Below are positions 10,214 to 20,280 of a stretch of DNA of 64,000 nt, in pieces (within the stretch, counting starts at the first letter, position 1; each line of letters starts with the position of its first letter). The notes under the pieces were generated by a model that worked only from the letters and a program-made list of their open reading frames with translations, did not search any database and was not told the origin of the DNA. Both the position numbers and the translations under genes were made by a program. Source of the DNA: Paenibacillus beijingensis (GTDB lineage Bacteria; Bacillota; Bacilli; Paenibacillales; Paenibacillaceae); the NCBI RefSeq assembly GCF_000961095.1, contig NZ_CP011058.1, positions 3,478,492 through 3,542,491 of the forward strand, in the 5' to 3' direction.

Positions 10214-10948
10214 ATGATCAAAGTGACGATTTGGAACGAATTTGTGCACGAAAACATTCATGAAAAAGTGAAAGAGGTTTATCCGGACGGCATTCATAAC
10301 GCGATCGCCAAAGGCATTGCGGACAGCAGCTTCCAGATCCGGACGGCTACGCTCGATCAGCCGGAGCACGGCTTGACGGAAGAAGTGCTTGCCGATACCG
10401 ATGTGCTGATTTGGTGGGGCCATATGGCGCACGACAAAGTCGACGACGCCATCGTAGAGCGCGTCCAGCAGCGCGTTTGGAACGGCATGGGTCTCGTTGT
10501 GCTGCACTCGGCCCATTTTTCGAAAATTTTCAAAAAGCTGATGGGCACCGGCTGTGATCTGAAATGGCGCGAAGCGGGCGAGCGCGAACGGATTTGGGTC
10601 GTCAATCCCGCCCATCCGATCGCCGCGGGTCTGCCCGAGCAGTTCAGCCTCGAGGAAGAGGAAATGTACGGCGAGCACTTTGACATTCCGGCACCGGACG
10701 AGCTCGTTTTCGTCAGCTGGTTCGAAGGCGGAGAAGTGTTCCGCAGCGGCTGCACGTTCTCGAGAGGACAAGGAAAAATTTTCTACTTCCGTCCGGGCCA
10801 TGAGACGCATCCGACGTACTACAACGAGAACGTGCTCCATGTTATACGCAACGCCGTAAACTGGGCGGCTCCGTCCAATGCGGCAGCGCCGGTTCGCGGA
10901 CACCGTCCGGAGCCGCTGGAGACGATCAAGGTGAAGCAGCCTCAATAA
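10214..10948 (+). CDS. ThuA family (trehalose-utilisation, class I glutamine-amidotransferase-like) protein
   Basis: [10 protein letters not shown]...LIWWGH...VVLHSA pattern. RBS AAAGGAGA. Confidence 0.8.
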   Translation: MIKVTIWNEFVHENIHEKVKEVYPDGIHNAIAKGIADSSFQIRTATLDQPEHGLTEEVLADTDVLIWWGHMAHDKVDDAIVERVQQRVWNGMGLVVLHSAHFSKIFKKLMGTGCDLKWREAGERERIWVVNPAHPIAAGLPEQFSLEEEEMYGEHFDIPAPDELVFVSWFEGGEVFRSGCTFSRGQGKIFYFRPGHETHPTYYNENVLHVIRNAVNWAAPSNAAAPVRGHRPEPLETIKVKQPQ

Positions 10949-10974
10949 GCTGCCGGAAGCTTAATGCGCATAGA

Positions 10975-11008
10975 CGAAACGCCGCATGTACCGTGTGGCG
11001 TTTTTTTG
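10975..11008 (+). terminator. rho-independent terminator
   Basis: AACGCCGCA...TGTGGCGTT followed by TTTTTTG. Confidence 0.6.
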
Positions 11009-11078
11009 TGTTAAACTAGCAAAAGGTTTTGTTGGAACGCGCAATACAGCCCTATTGATGGAAGAAGGATTCGCACTC

Positions 11079-12794
11079 ATGGTCAAAAAAGATTCGCTCA
11101 TTAAAGGTACGCTTATATTGGCGGCGGCAGCGCTCGTCGCCCGGTTTCTCGGCATTTTTCAGCGGGTACCGCTCGATTATATGGTTGGCGATGACGGTGA
11201 CGTCTATTTCGCGGTTGCCAATACCGTCTATATGTATCTGCTTATTATCGCGACGGCCGGCATTCCGAGCGCGATCAGCAAAATGGTGTCGGAGCGCTAC
11301 GCACTCGGCCGTCCAGCCGAAGCGCAGCAGATCTACAGGGCGGCGCTGATCTTCGGCGCGGTAACGGGCATCGTACTGGCGGCGCTGCTTTACGCGCTGG
11401 CACCGCTCTATTCCAGCTTCATCGCCAAGACGCCGGGGGCGGATATATCCGTCCGTGCCATCGCGCCGGCGCTGCTGCTGTTTCCGGTCATCGCGATGAT
11501 GCGCGGTTATTTTCAGGGACGGCAAATGATGGCCGCCGGCGGCATCTCGCAAATTGTGGAGCAGATCATGCGCGTTGTGCTCGGGATCGGCATTGCGCTG
11601 ATCGTGCTGAACTGGGGTTGGGGGGACCGCTGGATCGCCGCGGCCGCAACGTTCGGCAGCGTGTTCGGCAGTATCGGCGCTTTTGCCGTCATGCTGTGGT
11701 ACGGCCGCAAGCTGAAAAGAATGGACGCGGCAGAAGCGGCGCTCGCCCGGCGGGACACTTCTTCAGCGGCACCCGACGCCTCAGCTGCAGCGGTCGAGTC
11801 GGCAGCGGCCGCAAAAACCGAACAGCGGGTGAAGCTACCGTTCCGTTCCATCTACAAAGAAATTTTCTCTATGTCGCTGCCGGTCGTCGTAACCGCGATG
11901 ACGGTTCAGTTTCTTTATCTGGTTGATACATCGTTTTTTGTGCGTCTGACGGAATCGTATTATTCTTCGTATGCTGCGGCAAAAGAGGCAATGGGTTATC
12001 TTACTTTCAATGCCCAGGCGATTGCCGGAATTCCGCCGATCCTGGCGATTGCGCTCAGCCAGTCCATCATCCCGGTGATCTCCGCTGCCAACTCGGTGCG
12101 GAACATGGATGAGGTGCAGCGGCAGGCGTCGCTCGTCATGCGGATCGTCGTCTTCACCGGCGTGCCCGCCGCTCTTATATTAACCGTAGCGGCGTATTCC
12201 GTGAACGGCCTGCTGTTCAGCAGTCCGGCGGGGAGCGGGATGGTAGCGGCGCTGACGGCGGGAACGATTTTTCAGATTACGATGATGACCAGCAATTCCA
12301 TTCTGTTCGGACTCGGAAAGCCGCGGCCGGCGATGATCCACACGTTGCTCGGGTTCGCCGTGAAGATCGCCGCCAGCCTCGCGCTCGCTCCGCTTCTTGG
12401 CGGATACGGCCTTGTGCTCGCTTCCACGCTCTGCTTCCTGCTTATTACCGTGCTTAATCTGAGAGTCGTAAGAAGCAGCGTGAAGCTGGCCGTGCTCGGT
12501 AAGCGTTGGCCGGCTTATCTGCTCACGATCGTGGTTACCGCCGGAGCCGGCTACGGCGTTGACGTGCTGGTGCGCGGAGCGCTTGAAGGCGCCCTGCCGC
12601 CGAAGCTCATTTATTTGCTGGGCTGTATGGCGACGGGGCTTGTCACGCTTGGGCTGTATGCGCTGCTGCTGATCATGCTGCGAGTCGTAACGGAAACCGA
12701 AGCGAAATCGTTTCCGGGTCCGCTGCGCAAGCTGCTGCTCCCGCTTGTCCGCAGACTGGGCCGCAGCCGCGCGGCGTCTGTGAAAGCCGATTAA
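11079..12794 (+). CDS. MOP-superfamily polysaccharide biosynthesis / flippase protein (SpoVB/YtgP-like)
   Basis: About 14 TM helices with the conserved LGIFQRVPLDYMVGD N-terminus. An Ala-rich insertion is present. The start could instead be 11058. The track ORF from 10986 overlaps the upstream terminator. Confidence 0.7.
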   Translation: MVKKDSLIKGTLILAAAALVARFLGIFQRVPLDYMVGDDGDVYFAVANTVYMYLLIIATAGIPSAISKMVSERYALGRPAEAQQIYRAALIFGAVTGIVLAALLYALAPLYSSFIAKTPGADISVRAIAPALLLFPVIAMMRGYFQGRQMMAAGGISQIVEQIMRVVLGIGIALIVLNWGWGDRWIAAAATFGSVFGSIGAFAVMLWYGRKLKRMDAAEAALARRDTSSAAPDASAAAVESAAAAKTEQRVKLPFRSIYKEIFSMSLPVVVTAMTVQFLYLVDTSFFVRLTESYYSSYAAAKEAMGYLTFNAQAIAGIPPILAIALSQSIIPVISAANSVRNMDEVQRQASLVMRIVVFTGVPAALILTVAAYSVNGLLFSSPAGSGMVAALTAGTIFQITMMTSNSILFGLGKPRPAMIHTLLGFAVKIAASLALAPLLGGYGLVLASTLCFLLITVLNLRVVRSSVKLAVLGKRWPAYLLTIVVTAGAGYGVDVLVRGALEGALPPKLIYLLGCMATGLVTLGLYALLLIMLRVVTETEAKSFPGPLRKLLLPLVRRLGRSRAASVKAD

Positions 12795-12938
12795 TCCGCT
12801 TTCGTGCCGGTGCGCGAATCTTGTCAAAGCGGCAGGCTGTACGCTACAATGGGAGTCAACTGGTGATCATTACAAATCGCTGTTGAGCCAGCGCGAAGTC
12901 CATTTATATGAGCGCAAGGAATAAGGGGATGATTCAGA

Positions 12939-13286
12939 ATGGAAAAGGTGCAAAGCGAAGAGGCGTTCCGTTCGGCGGTGTCGGACAGCGGCGTAACCGT
13001 AGCCGTGTTTAAGACGACCTGGTGCCCGGACTGCCACTTTATCAATCCGTTCATGCCGGATTTGGAAACCAAATACGCTGGCCGTATTAAATTCATCGAG
13101 ATCGACCGGGACGATCTGCCGGATCTGTGCTCGGAGCTTAATATTCTTGGCATTCCGAGCTTTATCGCGTTCCGCGGCGGCAGCGAAGTGATCCGCTTTG
13201 TGAGCAAGCTGCGCAAGACGCGCGAGGAGATCGAACAATTTCTGGACCGCGCCCTGCAAGTAAGCGATGCGATGCCGCAAGCTTGA
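12939..13286 (+). CDS. thioredoxin family protein
   Basis: WCPDC active site, 115 aa. Confidence 0.8.
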   Translation: MEKVQSEEAFRSAVSDSGVTVAVFKTTWCPDCHFINPFMPDLETKYAGRIKFIEIDRDDLPDLCSELNILGIPSFIAFRGGSEVIRFVSKLRKTREEIEQFLDRALQVSDAMPQA

Positions 13287-13297
13287 GAAGCCTTTTT

Positions 13298-13343
13298 TGA
13301 AACCGCACGAACCTTCGTTAAGAAGGGGCGTGCGGTTTTTTCA
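13298..13343 (+). terminator. rho-independent terminator
   Basis: AAACCGCACG...CGTGCGGTTT followed by a T-run. Confidence 0.7.
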
Positions 13344-13965
13344 ACATTAGCGCGCCTAGCCAAGCTAGGGACAACTAGCCGGTGAAAGTCCGGTCGAGGT
13401 AAGAGCCAAAATTTCGGGGCAGGAAGTCTTCCGCCTCGTTTTTGTTTTCCTTATGGCTGCTCGGTTTTGGGACAATCTTGAGACAGGGGAGTCCTCGAGC
13501 AGTGCACGGCGGCGAATGGCGGCGAACGAATGCATGAAACTGGCCTAACGAATCGTAAAACCGTTCGTTCAGGAATAAGGAGACTTCTTGAGCGATAACG
13601 AACCCTGCAATCACTATTTCATCACAAAACAACCCAACCGAGTCGATATGAATCCAATAGTGACGCTACGATTCGTTAGAACCTGGAACAGGTTCAAAAG
13701 GTACAAATAACGATGGCTCGGTTCGTTAGCCATACGATGATAGGCTTGATGCAAAATGGATGCCGTTTACGGCGTTCATTAGCTTCATGCTTACCATACC
13801 GGTCGCGGGAGGGGCCAAGCCCCTTCTTTTACTGCGTTCTTTAGGGCAGAATAGAAAATGGGCAGTTGCAGAATATAGCGGGAATCGTCACATTTTCAAC
13901 ATGGCTTTTGTCATTTTATATCGATATAATGGTTTGTAATGATTTTCGGGAAGGTGTGATTTGTA

Positions 13966-14892
13966 ATGATATCCGGCCGTTATCGCGCGCTTGCATGGGC
14001 ATCGTGTGTCGGAATGTTTATCGTCCTCATTGCGGGCTCCACGGTGACGACAACCGAATCCCAACTCGGCTGCGGACATGATTTTCCGCTTTGTAACGGG
14101 AAGTTCGTACCGGCTCATACGTTTGAATCGCTCGTTGAATATTCGCACCGGTTTATTACCGGTATTGTAGGGCTATTGATCGTGGCTACGTTCATCGCGA
14201 CGCTTAGGCTGTACCGCAAACATAGGGAAGCGGTCATGTATGCGACGGCTTCGCTGGTGTTAACAATTATTCAAGCTGTTATGGGCGCTCTCGCGGTTGT
14301 CTATTCCCAGTCGCCGCCGGTGCTTGCGCTTCATTTCGGCATTTCGTTGCTTGCGGTCGCAAGCACGGCGCTGCTCGTCGTCTGGGTGCGGAGGATGGAC
14401 AGGGGCTATGCGCAGCGCGCAGGCGAACCTGTGCCTCGCTTCATATACAATTTCGTTTTGTTTATCGCGGTCTACTGTTATGTCGTCGTTTATTTGGGCG
14501 CATTTATCCGCCATACCGATTCCGGCGGCGGCTGTCTCGGCTGGCCGCTGTGCAACGGCGAATTCGTCCCGGAAATTAACGGAGCGACAGGAATCGTGTT
14601 CCTGCACCGGATTGCGGGACTGCTGCTCTTTATTCTTATAGCGATGTTCTATCTGATCATGAAGCGGGTTCATAGCGGACGGACAAGCATGCGCGCATCC
14701 GCCAAGTGGGCGCTTGTGCTCGTCATTGTACAAATTTTGAGCGGCGCGCTGTTGACCGCTACGATCGGCGACGAGAAGAAATTTGTCTTTACCAGCTTGC
14801 TGCATAACGTCATCGTGACGGGGTTGTTCTCCGTTATTCTCGATATGGGAATCCAGGCGTGGCGAACACGGGGAGGTCGTCTTGGTTCATGA
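13966..14892 (+). CDS. ctaA: heme A synthase
   Basis: Two conserved Cys pairs (CGHDFPLC and CLGWPLC) and eight TM helices. Conserved His residues present. Confidence 0.85.
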   Translation: MISGRYRALAWASCVGMFIVLIAGSTVTTTESQLGCGHDFPLCNGKFVPAHTFESLVEYSHRFITGIVGLLIVATFIATLRLYRKHREAVMYATASLVLTIIQAVMGALAVVYSQSPPVLALHFGISLLAVASTALLVVWVRRMDRGYAQRAGEPVPRFIYNFVLFIAVYCYVVVYLGAFIRHTDSGGGCLGWPLCNGEFVPEINGATGIVFLHRIAGLLLFILIAMFYLIMKRVHSGRTSMRASAKWALVLVIVQILSGALLTATIGDEKKFVFTSLLHNVIVTGLFSVILDMGIQAWRTRGGRLGS

Positions 14893-16655
14893 ATCATAAT
14901 TTAAGGCAATTTGTCGAGCTGCTTCGCAGCGAAGGGGACCTGGCCGTCATCGACGCGCCGGTCGATCCTTATCTGGAACTGGCGGAAATTCATAGACGGG
15001 TAATCGAACAGGAAGGACCGGCGCTGCTTTTCACGAACGTGACAGGCAGCTCTTTTCCTGTTCTGACGAACATGTTCGGCACCGCGCGCCGCGTCGATCT
15101 CGCTTTTGGACCGAGGCCGGAGGCGCTGATGAAAAATATTGTCGGCGCGGCCGACCGTCTGCTGCCCCCGTCGCTTGGCGCCGTATGGGGCGAGCGCGGC
15201 CTGATCAAAGATGTGCTGAAGGTCGGGCTGAAGACGGTAGCCCCTTCGAATGCGCCGGTGCTGGAAGTGTGCCGCAAGGACAAGCCGCTTGCCGGCCTTC
15301 CGGTGCTTACAAGCTGGCAGGAGGACGGGGGACCGTTCGTCACGCTGCCCCTCGTCTATACGGAACATCCGGAGCACCGCAAAAAGCATAACCTGGGCAT
15401 GTACCGGATGCAGGTATTCGACGATTCCACAACCGGCATGCACTGGCAAATCCATAAAGGCGGCGGCTTTCATTATTACGAGGCCGAGAAGCGGAATGAA
15501 CCGCTGCCGGTGACGGTATTTCTCGGCGGGCCGCCGGCGCTTATCGCGTCGGCGATCGCTCCGGTGCCGGAACATTTGCCGGAGCTGATGATCGCATCGC
15601 TCATTCTCGGCGACAAACTGCCGGTCGTTACCGACCCGTACGGACCGCACCGTCTGCCGGCACAAGCGGAGTTCGCCATCAGCGGCAGCGTTCCGCCCCA
15701 TCTGCGGCGTCCGGAGGGACCGTTCGGCGATCATTTCGGCTATTACTCGCTGACGCACGATTTTCCGGTATTCAATGTGAACCACGTCTGGCACCGGAAG
15801 GATGCCATCTATCCGGCGACGATCGTCGGCAAGCCGAGGCAGGAAGACTACTACTTGGGCGAATATTTGCAGCGGCTGCTCGGGCCTGCCTTCCCGATGG
15901 TCATGCCGGGGGTGCGCGACCTGTGGGCGTATGCCGAAACGGGCGTTCACGCGCTGGCTGCCGCCATCGTTCGGGAAAGCTATTCCCGCGAAGCGCTCGG
16001 AACCGGCTTCCGCATTCTAGGCGAAGGACAGCTGTCGCTCACCAAGGTGCTGATGCTGACCGACCAGCCGCTCGACCTGTCCCGCTTCGACACGCTGCTG
16101 GAGACGGTGCTGGAGCGTTTCCGGCCGGAAACCGATCTGTTCGTCTTCGATAAAACGTCGCACGATACGCTCGATTATACGAGCGGCAAGCTGAATCACG
16201 GCAGCAAGGCGATTCTGCTCGGCGTAGGAGAGCCGGTCCGGTCGCTGCCGGGAGAATACAGCGAAGGCCCGCTGGCCGATATTAACGATATCGCCGTTTA
16301 CTGCCGCGGCTGCCTGACCGTATCCGGCGCTTCTTACGCGTCTGATCCGGAGCTGCCGCAGCGTGTGCTCGGAGAGCTTCTGGAGCGAGGCACCGATTGG
16401 CCGCTCGTCGTGCTGGTCGACGACGCCAAGCAGACGGCAAGCGCGCAGACGCCGTTTTTATGGACGGTATTTACCCGTTTCAACCCGGCTGACGATATTT
16501 ACGCCGCAACCGATGTGCAGCGGCATCACTTGGGATACCGGCTGCCGCTTGTCATCGATGCCCGCATGAAGCCGGGCTATCCGGATGAGCTCTTCCCGCG
16601 CGAAGATATTGTGCAAAAGGTAGACAGCCGCTGGAAGGAATATTTCCCGGGCTGA
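14889..16655 (+). CDS. UbiD family decarboxylase (menaquinone biosynthesis decarboxylase-like)
   Basis: About 590 aa with UbiD-family conserved stretches. Overlaps the ctaA stop. RBS GGGGAGG. Confidence 0.7.
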   Translation: MNHNLRQFVELLRSEGDLAVIDAPVDPYLELAEIHRRVIEQEGPALLFTNVTGSSFPVLTNMFGTARRVDLAFGPRPEALMKNIVGAADRLLPPSLGAVWGERGLIKDVLKVGLKTVAPSNAPVLEVCRKDKPLAGLPVLTSWQEDGGPFVTLPLVYTEHPEHRKKHNLGMYRMQVFDDSTTGMHWQIHKGGGFHYYEAEKRNEPLPVTVFLGGPPALIASAIAPVPEHLPELMIASLILGDKLPVVTDPYGPHRLPAQAEFAISGSVPPHLRRPEGPFGDHFGYYSLTHDFPVFNVNHVWHRKDAIYPATIVGKPRQEDYYLGEYLQRLLGPAFPMVMPGVRDLWAYAETGVHALAAAIVRESYSREALGTGFRILGEGQLSLTKVLMLTDQPLDLSRFDTLLETVLERFRPETDLFVFDKTSHDTLDYTSGKLNHGSKAILLGVGEPVRSLPGEYSEGPLADINDIAVYCRGCLTVSGASYASDPELPQRVLGELLERGTDWPLVVLVDDAKQTASAQTPFLWTVFTRFNPADDIYAATDVQRHHLGYRLPLVIDARMKPGYPDELFPREDIVQKVDSRWKEYFPG

Positions 16656-16783
16656 ATCACGGCACCTTACGAAGTGGTTTTGCTGAGGCAAAACCTTAAG
16701 CCTATGCTTACGATGCTGATTTTGACTTATGTCTAACCTTAATGATGCTGGTTTGACTTACCCAAAGCCTTAAGGAGGACGAC

Positions 16784-17485
16784 ATGCTTCGATTCCTGTT
16801 CGGCGAATCGCCGCATACGCCGCAGGGTGAGCTTGCGGATGCGGTGAAATCGATGACGGCCGCGGCCGCCTATTTCCGCCGGGAAGCGGAGCGGGGCCGC
16901 GACATGAACCACAAGCAACGGACATACGAAATATGGACGCTCGGCCTGATCTCGTCGCTCGATGAGCTTGAGCAGAGCCATTATGCCGCACAACGGTTCG
17001 GAAGCCGCATCCGGAGCGATACGTATGCCGGATTAACGGATGAAGAGCGGCTTGATTACCGGCGTTACGTCTATTTCGACAAAAATATGTTTATCCGGCT
17101 GTTCGCCCTGCTCGATAAGCTTGGTACGCTGCTGAACGATCGGCTGGCGCTTGAAACGGAGCGGGTGAAGCCGTATTTTTCGTATTTCACGGTGCTGCGG
17201 CGGATGCGGGAGCGCAGGCTGCACGGGCAGCTTGCGGCAGCTTTGAACGAAGTGAACGACAAATACGAGGATTCGATGACGCGACTGCGCAAACGGCGGA
17301 ACGTCGAAGTGCACAATATGAACTCTGAGCTGCAGGACGACTTGGCGCAGAGCCGTCTTCATTACGGGACGGAGATGAAGCTGGAAAATTTGCAGCAGCA
17401 AATCGACGATTCCGCGGCGGGACTGGCCATGGCTGCGGAAACGCTGCGAATCGCGTTTGACTACCTGAACTCCGCGCGGAGATAG
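16784..17485 (+). CDS. hypothetical protein with a HEPN-like Rx4H motif
   Basis: 233 aa, predicted all-helical. RKRRNVEVHNMN matches the HEPN Rx4-6H signature. RBS AAGGAGGA. Confidence 0.4.
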   Translation: MLRFLFGESPHTPQGELADAVKSMTAAAAYFRREAERGRDMNHKQRTYEIWTLGLISSLDELEQSHYAAQRFGSRIRSDTYAGLTDEERLDYRRYVYFDKNMFIRLFALLDKLGTLLNDRLALETERVKPYFSYFTVLRRMRERRLHGQLAAALNEVNDKYEDSMTRLRKRRNVEVHNMNSELQDDLAQSRLHYGTEMKLENLQQQIDDSAAGLAMAAETLRIAFDYLNSARR

Positions 17486-17540
17486 CATTCCTGAATATGG
17501 TATACTGGCACCATGCATATGTAGTCGGGGAGGGAGAAGC

Positions 17541-18317
17541 TTGGAGCTGCAGGGCCGCACCGTACTGATCACGGGAAGTGCAAAGGGATTGGGCCGGCGT
17601 ACTGCTATGGAGCTTGGCGCCAAAGGCTGCAATGTCGTACTGAACTACAAAACGAGCGAAGCGGAAGCGCTGCGGCTGTGCGCGGAAATATCGGATCTCG
17701 GCGTCGGCTGCGCCGCCGTGCAGGCGGATATTTCGCAGCCGGACGACGTCGAGCGGCTCGGCGCGGAAGCGGAGAGGCTGTTCGGCGGCGTTGACATTCT
17801 GGTTAACAATGCGGGGCCGTTCATCCGGGAGCGGCGCGTATTCGCCGAGTATGATCGCGAAGATATCGTCGGACTGCTGCACGGCAATCTTCTTGGCGCC
17901 ATGCTGCTCGATCATCGGCTGCTGCCGGGCATGAGAGAGCGAAGGTGGGGTCGCATCGTGCACTTCGGCTTTGGCCGTGCAATGGAAGGCAGAGCCTGGC
18001 CGCACCGCGCCGTATATGCCGCCGCCAAGACGGGTCTTGTATCGTTTACCAAGACACTGGCCGTCGAGGAAGCGGAATACGGCATTACCGTCAATATGGT
18101 CTGTCCGGGAGATATCCGCGGCGAGAATAAAGAGAAGTCGATTTCCGAAGTGATCGGCGTACCTGACGACGAATCGCCGCGCGGAAGGCCGGGTACGGGC
18201 GAGGATGTTGCCAGGGTCATCACCTTTTTGTGCCTGCCGCAGTCCGATTTTTTAACCGGTAACATCATTGACGTAACCGGAGGGCTCGACCCGATCCGGC
18301 CGTCCATCAAACGGTAG
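17541..18317 (+). CDS. SDR family oxidoreductase
   Basis: TGSAKGLGRR Rossmann motif and an NNAG motif. TTG start with GGAGGGAG RBS. Confidence 0.8.
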   Translation: MELQGRTVLITGSAKGLGRRTAMELGAKGCNVVLNYKTSEAEALRLCAEISDLGVGCAAVQADISQPDDVERLGAEAERLFGGVDILVNNAGPFIRERRVFAEYDREDIVGLLHGNLLGAMLLDHRLLPGMRERRWGRIVHFGFGRAMEGRAWPHRAVYAAAKTGLVSFTKTLAVEEAEYGITVNMVCPGDIRGENKEKSISEVIGVPDDESPRGRPGTGEDVARVITFLCLPQSDFLTGNIIDVTGGLDPIRPSIKR

Positions 18318-18371
18318 CCGTTCAGGTATTGGCTAAAAAAACGTAACCCGAATAACGACGGAGCGGAACAA

Positions 18372-18425
18372 AAAAGAGTCTTTCCGGCGGTTTAACGAAC
18401 CCGCATCGGAAAGACTCTTTTAATT
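18372..18425. terminator. bidirectional terminator between convergent genes
   Basis: AAAAGAGTCTTTCCG...CGGAAAGACTCTTTT. Confidence 0.7.
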
Positions 18426-18454
18426 CGTATCGTTGCTTTTGTGAAGCGCTCATA

Positions 18455-18700
18455 TTAGAATACTTGAACAACCTCTTGCACGCCTTCCACTTCTTCAAGC
18501 AAAGCGCGCTCGATGCCGGCTTTCAGCGTAATGGTGGAACTAGGGCAGCTGCCGCATGCGCCCATCAGACGCAATTTAACGATGCCGTCCTCCACGTCAA
18601 CCAGTTCAACGTCACCGCCGTCGCGCTGCAGAAACGGGCGGAGTTTGTCCAGAACGTCGAGCACTTCATCATACATCGTGCTTTGTGCATTCTCGCTCAT
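18455..18700 (-). CDS. NifU family Fe-S cluster scaffold protein (YutI-like)
   Basis: 81 aa with the CGSC motif. Confidence 0.8.
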   Translation of the reverse strand: MSENAQSTMYDEVLDVLDKLRPFLQRDGGDVELVDVEDGIVKLRLMGACGSCPSSTITLKAGIERALLEEVEGVQEVVQVF

Positions 18701-18804
18701 TGCAATTCACTCCTTTCTCCCCTATTATAATACAAAGCCATTCAAATGAAAATGGACTCCTTAAACCGGCACGCCCGGTATTTTTGTATAAGCAGGTGAA
18801 CATC

Positions 18805-19077
18805 ATGCTGAAACCAATGATTGAATTTTGCGCCAGCAACATGCATCATGGCACCCGAAGGCTCCTCGAGAAGCTCGAAGAGAATCCCGAACTGGATGTC
18901 ATCGAGTACGGCTGTCTGGGCAACTGCGGCGAATGCTACCTGGCGCCGTTTGCGCTTGTGAACGGAGAGATTGTCTCCGCTGAAGATGTGGAACAGCTTG
19001 AAGAGCGGATCCGGGACGTGCTGAAGGACCAGCAGGCGGACCGGGAAGCGCTGGACAAGCTGATCGACGATCTGTAA
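18805..19077 (+). CDS. DUF1450 family protein (YuzB-like)
   Basis: MLKPMIEFC...CLGNCGECY. RBS AGGTGA. The track ORF is extended upstream. Confidence 0.7.
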   Translation: MLKPMIEFCASNMHHGTRRLLEKLEENPELDVIEYGCLGNCGECYLAPFALVNGEIVSAEDVEQLEERIRDVLKDQQADREALDKLIDDL

Positions 19078-19107
19078 GCGCGAACCGGCCGCCGGCCGGC
19101 TTGTCCG

Positions 19108-20175
19108 CTATCCGAAGTGACGCTTGGATTTCCAGAGCACGCCGCTCTTAAGCAGACGGGGCACACGTCCGACGAGCGACGTTTTGCCCATCAAACCGAA
19201 CCCGGCTTTTTTGCCGAGGGAGCCGAGTACGCCCTTGAGCCTGATCGGGGACATCTTCGGCTCTTTGCCTTTCCAAAGCGCCTGCATCACTTCCGCGACC
19301 TGCTTGCCCATTGCGCCCGCGAGCTGCCCGCTTGGGGAATAAGGGACGGATGCGCAGTCGCCGATGACAAACACGTTCGTATGCTCCGGAAGCTGATAAA
19401 AATCATTGACCACTAGCCGGCCCTGCTTATCTTTCGGCAAGTTTAAACGCTGCACAATCTCAACCGGCTGAATGCCGGCCGTCCATACCGTGACGTCGGT
19501 CAGAATCGTCTCGCCCGACTTGCAGTCGTGAAGCGCTCCTTGCTCAACACGGTCTAACGAAACGTTTCCGCGCATTTCCACATGATGCTCGACAAACCAG
19601 GAGCTCACATAACGTTTCAGCGTGCCCGGGAATGCAGACAGTACGCTGCTTCCCCGGTCGATAATCCGGATGTTCAAATCCGGCCGGCTTTCCCGCAGCT
19701 CTGCAGCCACCTCGACGCCGCTCAGTCCGCCCCCGATAATCGACACTTGTCCGTAAGGCTTCGTATCGTTGATCAGCTGGTACGTTTTGCGTGTCGAGGA
19801 AAAGCTTTGGATACTGGAAGAGTATTGCTGCGCGCCTTCGATGCCGTGGTAGTTGTCCGTACAGCCGAGCGCAATGACGAGCCAGTCGTAAGAAAGAGGA
19901 TCTTGGCCTGCCAGATAAACCAGCTTGTTCGCCGGATCGATTTCCGTCACTTCACCGTACGTGAGCAGCAGCCGCGGGTCGGAAGGAAACAATACCCGCA
20001 GTTCATGATCCGAAGCGGTTCCCGCCGCAAGCGCGTAATATTCTGTCTTGAGGCCTTGAAACGGCATCCGGTCAATCATAACAAGGCTAACATCGCTGGG
20101 GACATCCCCGTCGAGCAGCTCCTGCGCTAAAGCCAAACCGCCGTATCCGCCGCCCAGAATGACAAAACGTTTCAT
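19108..20175 (-). CDS. NAD(P)/FAD-dependent oxidoreductase, type II NADH dehydrogenase-like (YutJ-like)
   Basis: Two GxGxxG dinucleotide folds (ILGGGYGG and IIGGGLSG). Confidence 0.75.
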   Translation of the reverse strand: MKRFVILGGGYGGLALAQELLDGDVPSDVSLVMIDRMPFQGLKTEYYALAAGTASDHELRVLFPSDPRLLLTYGEVTEIDPANKLVYLAGQDPLSYDWLVIALGCTDNYHGIEGAQQYSSSIQSFSSTRKTYQLINDTKPYGQVSIIGGGLSGVEVAAELRESRPDLNIRIIDRGSSVLSAFPGTLKRYVSSWFVEHHVEMRGNVSLDRVEQGALHDCKSGETILTDVTVWTAGIQPVEIVQRLNLPKDKQGRLVVNDFYQLPEHTNVFVIGDCASVPYSPSGQLAGAMGKQVAEVMQALWKGKEPKMSPIRLKGVLGSLGKKAGFGLMGKTSLVGRVPRLLKSGVLWKSKRHFG

Positions 20176-20280
20176 CGTATCCACAACCTTATCTTCTCGA
20201 ATCTTTTCCTAATGTTTCCAACGCATTTCATCCATATCATATAAGGGTTGTTAACCTAATATGCGCCTCGCTGAAGCGGC

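Noticed and set aside
13345-13860. possible RNase P RNA, tmRNA, T-box or B12 riboswitch
   Set aside because: It has GAAAGTCCGG and GGTAAGAGCC fragments reminiscent of RNase P RNA. But the order and spacing of conserved blocks do not fit type A or B RNase P, and no tmRNA tag-reading frame or T-box motif is present. Left as unknown ncRNA/leader.
14901-15950. 349-aa minus-strand ORF
   Set aside because: Antisense to the UbiD-family gene. Low-complexity Arg-rich translation.
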